Shown: positions 10,450 through 19,645 of the stretch, one piece after another
How positions within the stretch are numbered: position 1 is the first letter of the stretch
Layout of the letters: the number at the start of each line of letters is the position of its first letter
Assembly: GCA_051008935.1 (NCBI GenBank)
Contig: JBPCXB010000144.1
Coordinates: forward strand, 1 to 49,603
Direction of reading: 5' to 3'
DNA length: 49,603 bases
Source of the DNA: Gammaproteobacteria bacterium
GTDB lineage: Bacteria > Pseudomonadota > Gammaproteobacteria > JBPCXB01
Program-made: the position numbers and the translations under genes
Notes under the pieces: generated by a model
Database searches by the model: none
Told to the model about the DNA's origin: nothing
What the model saw: the letters and a program-made list of their open reading frames with translations, nothing else

Positions 10450-13125
10450 GTGTCCAGTTCCGACCCTCTGCCCCCTACTGCAATCCCTGCACAAGAAGAT
10501 GAACAGGAAATGCAAGAATGGCTAGACGCACTAGAATCCGTCATCCACCACAGCGGCCCCGAACGAGCCGATCAGCTACTGCTCAAGATGGCCCAGAGGG
10601 TTGCTCTAGAGGGCCAGCTCCCTTCTTACAACCTGACCACCCCCTTTAGAAACACCATTTCTCTAGCTCAAGAGACCCCCTTTCCGGGCGACTTTTTTCT
10701 AGAGCGGCGCATCCGAGCGATCAATCGCTGGAATGCGCTAATGATCGTCATGCGCGCCAACACCGCTGAACCTTCGCTAGGCGGCCATATATCTTCCTAC
10801 GCATCCTGCGCCACCCTCTACGAGATCGGCTTCAATCACTTCTTCCACGCCGACGACCTGATCTACTTTCAAGGCCATGTATCGCCGGGCATTTATGCAC
10901 GCTCTTTTCTAGAAGGACACTTCCAAGAAGAAGACCTCGATCGGTTCAGACGCGAAATATCCGGCGGATTGTCCTCTTATCCGCACCCCTGGCTCATGCC
11001 CGACTACTGGCAATTCCCCACGGTATCTATGGGGTTGGGTCCGATTCAGGGCATTTACCAAGCCTATATCATGCGCTACCTGCAGGCGCGCTCGCTCATT
11101 GAACCCTCTGACCGGAAAGTCTGGGTGTTCTGCGGCGACGGCGAAATGGACGAGCCCGAATCTCTGGGGGCTATTTCCATGGCAGGGCGCGAAAATCTAG
11201 ACAATCTGATTTTTGTCATCAACTGCAATCTCCAGAGGCTGGATGGCCCAGTGCGCGGCAATGGGCAAATCATCCAAGAACTTGAAGGGGTATTCCGGGG
11301 CGCTGGCTGGAATGTCATTAAGGCCATCTGGGGGCGGCACTGGGATCCACTGTTCGCAGCTGATCGCAGCGGCCAGCTGCAAACCCTGATGGACGAAACG
11401 GTAGACGGCGAATATCAAAACCTGTCGGCACAAGATGTCTCTTATATACGCAAGTTCTTTGCACGCACGCCAGAAACGCAGGACTTAGCCGACCGGTTAT
11501 CCGATGCAGAGATAGCCAAACTCAACCGAGGCGGACATGACCCGCACAAGATTTACGCTGCCTATGCAGCTGCTACCAAACAAAAATCAGCGCCCACAGT
11601 CATCCTAGCCTTTACCATCAAGGGCTATGGCATGGGACAGTTCGAAGCCGAAAACCAGACCCATCAGGCTAAAAAGCTGAACATGGAAGATCTGAAGCAG
11701 TTTCGCGACCGGTTCAATCTGCCCATACCCGATTCAAAACTGGCAGATATGCCTTACTACCGCCCCTCACAAGACAGCCCCGAGTACCGCTACCTGATGG
11801 AAAGGCGCGAGCTTCTGGGCGGCTGCATGCCCAGAAGGCGCAACACGCGATTTGAAAGCTTCAAATCGGCCAATCAAGACCATTTCAGCCCACTGAAAGC
11901 CGGAAGCGGCAAACGCAGCTATTCCACAACCATGGCCTTTGTACGCATTCTGAACTCCCTGCTGAAAGAGCCCGTTTTCGGAGCCAGCGTAGTACCCATC
12001 GTTCCCGACGAAGCCCGCACTTTTGGCATGGAAGCCATGTTCCGCTCTATAGGCATCTACTCGGCACAAGGCCAGCTCTACGAACCGCACGACGCGGGCG
12101 ATCTAGCTCCATACAAAGAATCGCGCGACGGCATCATGCTGGAAGAAGGCATCACTGAAGCCGGCTCCTTCAGCGCCTGGTTGGCTCTGGCTACAGCCTA
12201 CAGCAACTACAACAAACCGATGCTGCCCTTCTACATCTTCTATTCCATGTTCGGCTTTCAGCGCATACACGATCTGGCCTGGGCCGCAGGTGATTCGCAG
12301 GCCAGAGGCTTTTTGATCGGCGCCACCTCGGGGCGCACGACGCTGAACGGCGAAGGATTGCAACATCAAGACGGCCACAGCCACACCCTAGCCACCACCA
12401 TCCCCAACTGTATCAGCTACGATCCAGCCTATGCTGGCGAACTGGCGGTCATCATAGAAAACGGCATCGAGCGCATGTATCGCCGCCAAGACAAGGTGTT
12501 CTATTACATTACCGTCAACAATGAAAATTACCACCAACCGGCCTTATCGAAGCAACCGGAGCAGGCCAAACAGATCGAAGAAGGCATCATCAAAGGCCTG
12601 TATCTGTTTCGCGCCGCCAAAAGCAAGACCCCCTTACGGGTGCGGCTCATCGGAGCCGGTGCCATTATGAACGAAGTCCTGAAAGCCGGCGAACTGCTAG
12701 AAGCTCAGAACATTGGCTGCGATATTTTCAGCGCCACCAGCCTGACCGAACTGCGCCGAGAAGCCCTAGAAAAAGAGCGCATGAACCAGCTAAACCCCAT
12801 GCGCCCACCAGAACAACCCTGGGTGCATCAGATACTGGAGCAGGGGCAGGGGCCAGTCATCGCCGCCACTGACTATATTAAAGCACTGCCCGACGGCATC
12901 CGCCAATGGGTCCCCGCCGATTACAGCGTGTTGGGCACCGACGGCTTCGGCCGCAGCGATACGCGCCCTTCTTTGCGGAGCTTCTTTGAGGTAGACTGCC
13001 CGCACATAGCGGCGGCTGCTTTTTCTGCACTGGCACGCACAGGGCAGATCAGCGCCGAAAAAGCAGAACAAGCCATCAAAGATCTGGGGATCAAACGGCC
13101 CGATACCCCTCCAGAACACAACTGA
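10450..13125 (+). CDS. aceE: Pyruvate dehydrogenase E1 component (homodimeric type)
   Basis: YPHPWLMPDYWQFPTVSMGLGP, GDGEMDEPES, NCNLQRLDGPVRGN, GRTTLNGEGLQHQDG, LGTDGFGRSD. Confidence 0.98.
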   Translation: MSSSDPLPPTAIPAQEDEQEMQEWLDALESVIHHSGPERADQLLLKMAQRVALEGQLPSYNLTTPFRNTISLAQETPFPGDFFLERRIRAINRWNALMIVMRANTAEPSLGGHISSYASCATLYEIGFNHFFHADDLIYFQGHVSPGIYARSFLEGHFQEEDLDRFRREISGGLSSYPHPWLMPDYWQFPTVSMGLGPIQGIYQAYIMRYLQARSLIEPSDRKVWVFCGDGEMDEPESLGAISMAGRENLDNLIFVINCNLQRLDGPVRGNGQIIQELEGVFRGAGWNVIKAIWGRHWDPLFAADRSGQLQTLMDETVDGEYQNLSAQDVSYIRKFFARTPETQDLADRLSDAEIAKLNRGGHDPHKIYAAYAAATKQKSAPTVILAFTIKGYGMGQFEAENQTHQAKKLNMEDLKQFRDRFNLPIPDSKLADMPYYRPSQDSPEYRYLMERRELLGGCMPRRRNTRFESFKSANQDHFSPLKAGSGKRSYSTTMAFVRILNSLLKEPVFGASVVPIVPDEARTFGMEAMFRSIGIYSAQGQLYEPHDAGDLAPYKESRDGIMLEEGITEAGSFSAWLALATAYSNYNKPMLPFYIFYSMFGFQRIHDLAWAAGDSQARGFLIGATSGRTTLNGEGLQHQDGHSHTLATTIPNCISYDPAYAGELAVIIENGIERMYRRQDKVFYYITVNNENYHQPALSKQPEQAKQIEEGIIKGLYLFRAAKSKTPLRVRLIGAGAIMNEVLKAGELLEAQNIGCDIFSATSLTELRREALEKERMNQLNPMRPPEQPWVHQILEQGQGPVIAATDYIKALPDGIRQWVPADYSVLGTDGFGRSDTRPSLRSFFEVDCPHIAAAAFSALARTGQISAEKAEQAIKDLGIKRPDTPPEHN

Positions 13126-13126
13126 C

Positions 13127-14473
13127 ATGACCGATCAACCCCGCAATCTACTGCTGCCCTCCATGGGCGAAGACGATATGCAAGCCGAGGTCATCGAATT
13201 GCCGCTCGCACCAGGCACCCCCTTTGCCAAAGGCGACGTGCTGGTCATCATCGAATCCGACAAAGCGACACTGGAAGTGCCGGCACCAGATGATGGCAGT
13301 ATTGTCGCACTCAAGGTACAGGTCGGTAGCACCGTTCAAAAAGACAGCCTATTGCTGGAATACCAGGCCAGCACTGCCAGCCAAGCAACACCTACAAGCA
13401 CTCCTCAACGCAACGACTCACAGCCTGACTCGGCACCTGCTAGTACCAGCCCTCCGGCTTCGCCAGCGTCGACACCAGCGCCTGCGCCTGCGGCTGCACC
13501 GCATCCCGCCTCTCAGCCCGCCCGCACATCTGGCCCTGTCTATGCAGGTCCAGCCGTACGGCGGCTGGCACGCCAGCTCGGCATCGATCTAACCCAGGTA
13601 TCTGGCACTGGAAACCGCAGCCGCATCCAGCTCGAAGACCTGCACCTGTGGGTACGTACAACGTTGCAAAAAGGGGCGGCAGCAGCACCAGCGCTACCTG
13701 CTACCGAATGGCCGGATCTGAGCCAGTATGGTGCTATTAAAGAGATACCGCTGTCGCGCATCCAAAAGGTCAGCGCCCGCAGGCTGCATGCCAGTTGGGT
13801 CAATATCCCCCATGTATGTCAGCACGATCAGGCCGAAATCAGCGCTATGGAACAGTTGCGCGCCCAAATAAATAAGGCAAATCAGGCAAGTCAAGCGAAA
13901 CAGCACGAGCAGAAAGCTCGGCTCACGCCGCTGCCTTTTCTGATTAAAGCCTGTGTGGCAGCCCTGACTGAATTTCCGCTGTTCCGCTCTGCCCTCACCC
14001 CAGATGGCACCACGCGCATCGAGCGCGACAGCTACCACATCGGCATCGCAGTAGATACTGAAAAAGGACTACTAGTCCCTACCATTCGCGATGCCGACCA
14101 GCGCAACTTGCACGAATTGGCCACCGAAGCAGCACAACTGGCTCAACAGGCCCGTGACGGCAAACTGAGCCCAGCGCAAATGGCGGGCGCCGTCTTTACC
14201 ATCTCGAGTCTGGGCCATCTAGGCGGCACCGGCTTTACCCCCATCATCAACCCGCCTCAGGTAGCCATTCTGGGCGTGTCGAAAATTCAAGAACGCCTGG
14301 CCCCAGCCAAAAACAGCACTTCCGAAACCTCTTTCAGAGTGGAACGGCTCCTCCCTCTGTCTTTATCCTACGACCACCGTCTGATTAACGGAGTCGATGC
14401 CGTGCGCTTTACCCGCGCCATCTGCCAAGCTCTGGAACAGCCAGAAACGCTGGCTATCGATCCCACAGGCTAG
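13127..14473 (+). CDS. aceF: Dihydrolipoamide acetyltransferase E2, single lipoyl domain
   Basis: Lipoyl motif IESDKATLEVPAP, Pro/Ala linker, E3-binding YAGPAVRRLARQLGIDL, catalytic SYDHRLING. Confidence 0.95.
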   Translation: MTDQPRNLLLPSMGEDDMQAEVIELPLAPGTPFAKGDVLVIIESDKATLEVPAPDDGSIVALKVQVGSTVQKDSLLLEYQASTASQATPTSTPQRNDSQPDSAPASTSPPASPASTPAPAPAAAPHPASQPARTSGPVYAGPAVRRLARQLGIDLTQVSGTGNRSRIQLEDLHLWVRTTLQKGAAAAPALPATEWPDLSQYGAIKEIPLSRIQKVSARRLHASWVNIPHVCQHDQAEISAMEQLRAQINKANQASQAKQHEQKARLTPLPFLIKACVAALTEFPLFRSALTPDGTTRIERDSYHIGIAVDTEKGLLVPTIRDADQRNLHELATEAAQLAQQARDGKLSPAQMAGAVFTISSLGHLGGTGFTPIINPPQVAILGVSKIQERLAPAKNSTSETSFRVERLLPLSLSYDHRLINGVDAVRFTRAICQALEQPETLAIDPTG

Positions 14474-14535
14474 CGCCTAATGCCTAACACCCTTGGCATC
14501 TTTTCGGCAATCGAATCGACCTAACTCGGTAACCC

Positions 14536-16335
14536 ATGCCATCCACACGCCCCGCAAAGCGAATCGTGCAAAGCGGCCGAGCTCTCAACCTGAAGCTCAA
14601 AACCCACCTCCAAACCGCCGCTGCCCTGTGGCATAACCACCCCAGTTCACCAGCACTCTGGGGGCCTCGGCTGTTTCACTGGCTCGAACACAGCCATCTA
14701 CGCTTTGCGCAAGCCACCGACCGCATAGAACCCGCTATCTTCTTCAGCATACTTGCCCTGATGCTGATCTGGATTCTAGGCACTTGGAACATCAGCCCCA
14801 ATCCAGATGCCTACTACCACATGGGAGTAGCTGCTTCCTACATGGCTGCCTGGGTAAACGATCAATGGCTGCGCCTGTTCCCTATGCTGCCGTTTACTAT
14901 TCTGGCTGCCGACCCATTCCCCAACGCTTACCTGCTACAACACCTACTGCTTTCTGGCCTCACGCGCGTATTGCCAGCCGATCAAGCACTTTTTGCCGGT
15001 ATGGGGCTGACTGGCTTTGCCCTAATCGCCAGCCTGTATCTGGTATTGAGAGGCTGTCAGGTACGGGGGGCGATATTCTGGGCGCAACTGGGCTGGCTGG
15101 CATCCCCTTCGTTGTTCACTTACACCCTGTTCCTGAAAGGCGCCTCAGTCTTTCTCATCCTAACCGTCTGGCTCATCAATGCGCTGATACGTAAACGCAA
15201 TCTGCACATTTTCCTCATCAGCCTGGCCATAGGCTACTCTTATGTAGCGGCTTATCTGATCATACCTATAGCCGCTTGCTTTACGCTTGCGGCTCTGTTG
15301 TACGAGCGCCGATGGCAGTGGCAACCTGTTGCCATCACCACAGGTGCCTATTTGCTGGCCACGCTCATCAACCCGGGTTTCCCCAGCAATATACAGCTGA
15401 TCCTGCTTGAATTCGGCCATGCGCTGAACTTCCCCGGCGATCGAGCTGCCGGCATCTGGATCGGTGCCGAATGGTCTCATATCTCGCTGCACTCTCTGGT
15501 ACAGTCGCTGGGCTTTGCGCTCGGCCCTTGGCTGCTGCTAACCTTACTATTGCCTTTTAAAGGCCCGGTGTTATACCGGTTGGGTAGCTGCCTGACGCTG
15601 TCGATATTCTCTCTGGCTATCGCTTTCTATGCCGGCAGTAAAGGTATTGCTCTAGCAGCCATATTGATGAGCTTGGCACTGCCAATAGCCCTGCAAGAAC
15701 TCAACGGACGCCCTTGGACTGTCTGGGCAACTGCCTTATGGCTGCTGGCCATAGTCAGCCTCGTGCAACCACAAATCATGCAGTTTAAAAGCGACCGCCC
15801 CAGCTTCATTCATCAGGCAGCCTACATGGCGCGCCAGGCCAATGCCCACGCCGGCGATAATCGGGTCATCCTAGCCGGCTGGTCGGATTTTCCTTGGCTG
15901 TTGTATTTCAACCCCCGCAACTACTATGTGGCCGGCATGAACCTGCTATTCCTTCAGGCCAGCCCAGAGCGGCTGCACGCCTACCAAAAGCTGCTCTCAG
16001 GCCAGATCAAACACCCGGAAATTCTCATACCCCGTTGCTTCTATGCCGACCTCGTCATTACAGACCGCCAACAGCGCCCCATCAGACCCAGCCTCTACCA
16101 GCAATTGCGCCAAAATCCCTTCTTTACTGAGCTGCAATTGGAGCATCCCATGCCGCGGGCATTTTTTCTGCTGGACCGCACAAAGGTTGAACCCGAGCTG
16201 GCGCGCTTCAGCACTCTGCAATCGACAACACAGACCGAAGCTACCGCAGAACCTGCCAATAGCCGCAGCACGCTACCGGCCTGTAGCGAGCCAGATCCAG
16301 CACACGCAACCCCAGCAACCCCAGCAACCCCATAA
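14536..16335 (+). CDS. Polytopic membrane protein, probable GT-C-fold glycosyltransferase
   Basis: About 11-13 hydrophobic segments, PDAYYH motif in the first extracytoplasmic loop, GAEW loop, soluble C-terminal domain starting VILAGWSDFPWLLYFN (ArnT/PMT/STT3-like layout). Start uncertain. Confidence 0.6.
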   Translation: MPSTRPAKRIVQSGRALNLKLKTHLQTAAALWHNHPSSPALWGPRLFHWLEHSHLRFAQATDRIEPAIFFSILALMLIWILGTWNISPNPDAYYHMGVAASYMAAWVNDQWLRLFPMLPFTILAADPFPNAYLLQHLLLSGLTRVLPADQALFAGMGLTGFALIASLYLVLRGCQVRGAIFWAQLGWLASPSLFTYTLFLKGASVFLILTVWLINALIRKRNLHIFLISLAIGYSYVAAYLIIPIAACFTLAALLYERRWQWQPVAITTGAYLLATLINPGFPSNIQLILLEFGHALNFPGDRAAGIWIGAEWSHISLHSLVQSLGFALGPWLLLTLLLPFKGPVLYRLGSCLTLSIFSLAIAFYAGSKGIALAAILMSLALPIALQELNGRPWTVWATALWLLAIVSLVQPQIMQFKSDRPSFIHQAAYMARQANAHAGDNRVILAGWSDFPWLLYFNPRNYYVAGMNLLFLQASPERLHAYQKLLSGQIKHPEILIPRCFYADLVITDRQQRPIRPSLYQQLRQNPFFTELQLEHPMPRAFFLLDRTKVEPELARFSTLQSTTQTEATAEPANSRSTLPACSEPDPAHATPATPATP

Positions 16336-16381
16336 CCAGATATAATGGCTAGCCTACGCATGAAATGCCCCTGCAAAAAAT

Positions 16382-16390
16382 TGCTATAAT
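16382..16390 (+). promoter_or_regulatory. Putative extended -10 promoter upstream of the autotransporter triplet
   Basis: Perfect TGnTATAAT (TGCTATAAT) in the intergenic gap; a second TATAAT lies at 16341. Confidence 0.45.
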
Positions 16391-16619
16391 ACATCAGCAA
16401 GTATAAAGTCACATTCAAGCCATTGCAGACGGTATCCATCTACAGACTGAGTACTCTCTAAAATACCTGTATCAGCATACCTCTACCCGCACATGCGCAT
16501 CTGCTGTGCGTTTGCGTAAAGGCCCCATCAAGTAACCGCTTATGACCATCCATTTCTATTCCCCTGCTGCTTCCTGTGCGCTGGCAACTGCGCCAGCACA
16601 CCAACCAAGAGCCATCGCC

Positions 16620-17627
16620 ATGAAATCACTTGCTATTATGGGCCTGATCGGGCTGGTACTCGTTTCAGCAACCCCCGCCGCCTTTGCGATAACGAACATA
16701 GGTACCTCCCCATCCTGTTTTTCCGATAGTACTGGTGTTCGTTACGACAATTGGTTCTCTTGGAATGCCTGTACCAATAGCAACTCCGATTATTACGACT
16801 ACAACAATATTAAAAGAGACTTCGCCCCGATTAGAGCATATCTTTCAGTCTTGGAGAATTCCGGCTTGCAAGCTGCCCGTAACAGCATCTCAAATTTGGA
16901 ACTACTAGATGAAAGCTTTCTAGCGATTGAGACGGCTGCGTTTGTGGCCCCTAACAGGCTGTTGGGAAATGAGTTTGCCGTATCCTCCGACGGCACCGGC
17001 TTTGGCGTAGGCGACTTTTTGAACGCGATGGCGCTGTCGCTGTATGGTGTACACGGCGGCGATACCGACCAGACGCTGATGGCTGCTGTGCAACAGGGGC
17101 AAGCCATCACTCTGGCTCAGTACGCACAGCCCAATACCGTGCCCATCGACAGTTCTTCTGCTGCTGGCCGCACAACAAGCAGCACGTTGTCAGTCCAGCA
17201 ATTGGACGATGGTGTTACTTTGATAGAGCGCTCCAACTACTGGGCTGCGCGCATCGGCCTCGACCCCAACGAAGCAGCCGACCCCAACGGCACCATTCAA
17301 GCGCAGCTCAACTGGGCCAAGAGCTTTTTTAACTATACTCCCCCTGAAGACGGAGAATCCGGATCCGGATCCGGACTGGCGCGCGCTAGCTATCACGATG
17401 AATACATCATCGGCGCGGCCATGGCGGCCTCTCTGGGCGATCCGCACGTGCCAGCGGGTAAAAATACCGCCGTTTCTATCGGCCGCAGCTTCTACAAAGG
17501 TGAAACGCCCACTTCAATGGGGGTGGCCATGCGCGTGGGTTACGCCGGCCGTATGAGTCTGGTGGCGGCTTTTAGCGAAGACCGCAACCGCAGCCTGTAT
17601 CGATTGGGCTATTCCACTGCTTGGTAA
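16620..17627 (+). CDS. Short trimeric autotransporter-like protein, paralog 1 (YadA-type C-terminal anchor)
   Basis: Signal peptide MKSLAIMGLIGLVLVSATPAAFA (upstream ATG 16542 also possible). C-terminal GAAMAASLGDP..G..AVSIGRSFYKGE..SMGVA..YRLGYSTAW fits a helix plus 4 beta-strands ending in an aromatic residue. Confidence 0.72.
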   Translation: MKSLAIMGLIGLVLVSATPAAFAITNIGTSPSCFSDSTGVRYDNWFSWNACTNSNSDYYDYNNIKRDFAPIRAYLSVLENSGLQAARNSISNLELLDESFLAIETAAFVAPNRLLGNEFAVSSDGTGFGVGDFLNAMALSLYGVHGGDTDQTLMAAVQQGQAITLAQYAQPNTVPIDSSSAAGRTTSSTLSVQQLDDGVTLIERSNYWAARIGLDPNEAADPNGTIQAQLNWAKSFFNYTPPEDGESGSGSGLARASYHDEYIIGAAMAASLGDPHVPAGKNTAVSIGRSFYKGETPTSMGVAMRVGYAGRMSLVAAFSEDRNRSLYRLGYSTAW

Positions 17628-17687
17628 CACAGGCCTTAGCACACAGGCACAATTATGTACACAAGAACACACGCACGAGGAACCACT

Positions 17688-18539
17688 ATGAGGCAGCTGT
17701 CACTACTGAGCCTGAGCATTCTGATTCTGGGCACCCTGCCGCCTCTGGATGCCAATGCTCAATCTGCCTGTGCATTTACCAGCGTTGAAGGCGACACCTC
17801 ATACGGCAGCCTCAGCGCTCTGATGGCGCCCTGCCAAAACGAACTGGACGACCTGCAAGGCGCAGTGCGCGATGCCCATGAAAACGTAATTTCTGCGGGT
17901 ACCGGCGTGACTGCGGATCAGACCGCAGCTTTAGAAACGGCCGAAACAAACCTGTTGACCGGGCTGCAGTCTTTTGCCACCAGCTTAAATGCCCGCGATG
18001 ACGATCAGGCAGCTGGCGCCAGTTGGATTGCTTTGGCTGTCGACCTGCTGGGTTTTGACAATTACGATACCAATCCAAACCTAAGAGCCAATAGAAGCGT
18101 CAGCCAAGCGGATTACCAGTCTTCTAACCTGATTCAACGGCGCAACTACTGGGGCGAACGGATTGGCCTGGATGAGCTTGCCGCACCCGACCCCAGCGGC
18201 AGCATCCAAAGCCAGCTCAACTGGCTAAAAGGCAATTTAGGTGTCGATATCACAGCGGCGCAGCAAGACTCAGAGGCGGCCACGCTGGCTGCAACCGGCC
18301 TGAGTGTTGGGGATTATTACCGCAGCGTTGCCTTATCAGCCAGCATCAATGACCCCTACGTACCCGCAGGGGCTCGCGGCAGTTTTGCCATCAATTTCGC
18401 CTCTTTTGAGTTGGCCTCCGCGCTGTCTTTCGGCTTTGCTTCTGCCATCGGTCGCAACTCCCGCCTGTCGATCAGTGCGGCTGTCACGCGTGATGAACAA
18501 GAAAACCTGATGCGCGCCACCTACTCAATCAACTGGTAA
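17688..18539 (+). CDS. Short trimeric autotransporter-like protein, paralog 2
   Basis: GAGG RBS before ATG 17688; signal peptide MRQLSLLSLSILILGTLPPLDANA; anchor SVALSASINDPYVPAG..FAINFASFE..ALSFGFA..ATYSINW. Confidence 0.72.
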   Translation: MRQLSLLSLSILILGTLPPLDANAQSACAFTSVEGDTSYGSLSALMAPCQNELDDLQGAVRDAHENVISAGTGVTADQTAALETAETNLLTGLQSFATSLNARDDDQAAGASWIALAVDLLGFDNYDTNPNLRANRSVSQADYQSSNLIQRRNYWGERIGLDELAAPDPSGSIQSQLNWLKGNLGVDITAAQQDSEAATLAATGLSVGDYYRSVALSASINDPYVPAGARGSFAINFASFELASALSFGFASAIGRNSRLSISAAVTRDEQENLMRATYSINW

Positions 18540-18560
18540 CCCCAGATTTTTGCACCTGCT

Positions 18561-19568
18561 ATGAGAGTACCTATGATCCATCTGCCTGCTCCCCAGCCCG
18601 TTTTCGCACGGCGCCAGTTGCTGACTGTCATGATAGCAATAATGGCCATGACTATTGCGCTAATTGCGCCCAACTGGGCGGCCGCTCAGGCTCAGAATAT
18701 TGACCGAGGCAGCACCGCTTGTACAGACCTAGCCGATGTGGATGTGTCGCTGCTGCATGGGGATGAAAGCGTATCGACCTCCACCGATACTGGTATTGCG
18801 CATTTTAACGAGTGCCGCGGGGTTGACATGCGCTACACCCGCAACCAAATTAGCGCCGCTGCTGCAGATTCAGCAGCTCTGGATGCCCTGTATAGCGAGT
18901 TGGAAACTCAGGAACTGAATGTAAAAAATTATCTAACGGGCGCCTACACCGACTATGCCCGCAATCTAATCCAACTGTACGGGCACAATTCGGGCCCCTA
19001 TGGCTGGTCAGCCACCTCCTTCGACAATAACACCGGCGACTTCGCCTTTCTGTTCCAAGATTGGGCTTTGGGCAATACCATCAGCCGCTACCGCTACCGC
19101 ACGCAACCTCTGACCGACACCAGCCTCTATTGGGCCTATCGCATCGGGTTGGACCCCAATGTAGCCGCCAATGCACACGGCAGTATCCAAGAGCAGCTCA
19201 ACTGGGTCAAGCAAACGCTAGTTGGAGTGGGTGCCTCGGCCGGTTCCATTGACGTAGATGATGCAGATGCTTCTTCCCCCAGCGCAACAGGAGCAGACAC
19301 CAGCCAGCAAACTGCAGTCAGCAACCTGCTGGATAGCTTCAGACGGGGTACCGCTATTGCCGCTGCCCTGCAAGACCCCTACATACCAGTTGCCCGCCGT
19401 TCGGCGTTCAGCATTCATTTTGCAACTTATGAACAAGAAACCGCTATGTCATTTGGGCTGGCTTCGATCGTAGGTACCAGAGGCCGGTTTAACTTTTCGG
19501 CTTCGATGCACACTCAGCTAACAAAAGAAACCCTGTATCGAACCGGTTACAGCATATTCTGGTATTGA
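18561..19568 (+). CDS. Short trimeric autotransporter-like protein, paralog 3
   Basis: Signal peptide ending near NWAAAQA; anchor RRGTAIAAALQDPYIP..FSIHFATYEQETAMSFGLA..YRTGYSIFWY. Confidence 0.72.
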   Translation: MRVPMIHLPAPQPVFARRQLLTVMIAIMAMTIALIAPNWAAAQAQNIDRGSTACTDLADVDVSLLHGDESVSTSTDTGIAHFNECRGVDMRYTRNQISAAAADSAALDALYSELETQELNVKNYLTGAYTDYARNLIQLYGHNSGPYGWSATSFDNNTGDFAFLFQDWALGNTISRYRYRTQPLTDTSLYWAYRIGLDPNVAANAHGSIQEQLNWVKQTLVGVGASAGSIDVDDADASSPSATGADTSQQTAVSNLLDSFRRGTAIAAALQDPYIPVARRSAFSIHFATYEQETAMSFGLASIVGTRGRFNFSASMHTQLTKETLYRTGYSIFWY

Positions 19569-19645
19569 GCACCGCTAGCCGGTGTATCGACCAGCCGTTC
19601 TGGGCATTATTGCCGTTATTCCTCTTATTCAGCGAGTACTATTGA

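Noticed and set aside
10450-14473. Missing lpdA, single lipoyl domain and DHRLING variant in aceEF
   Set aside because: All are known variations; lpd is unlinked and the Asn variant occurs in Pseudomonas/Azotobacter-type E2.
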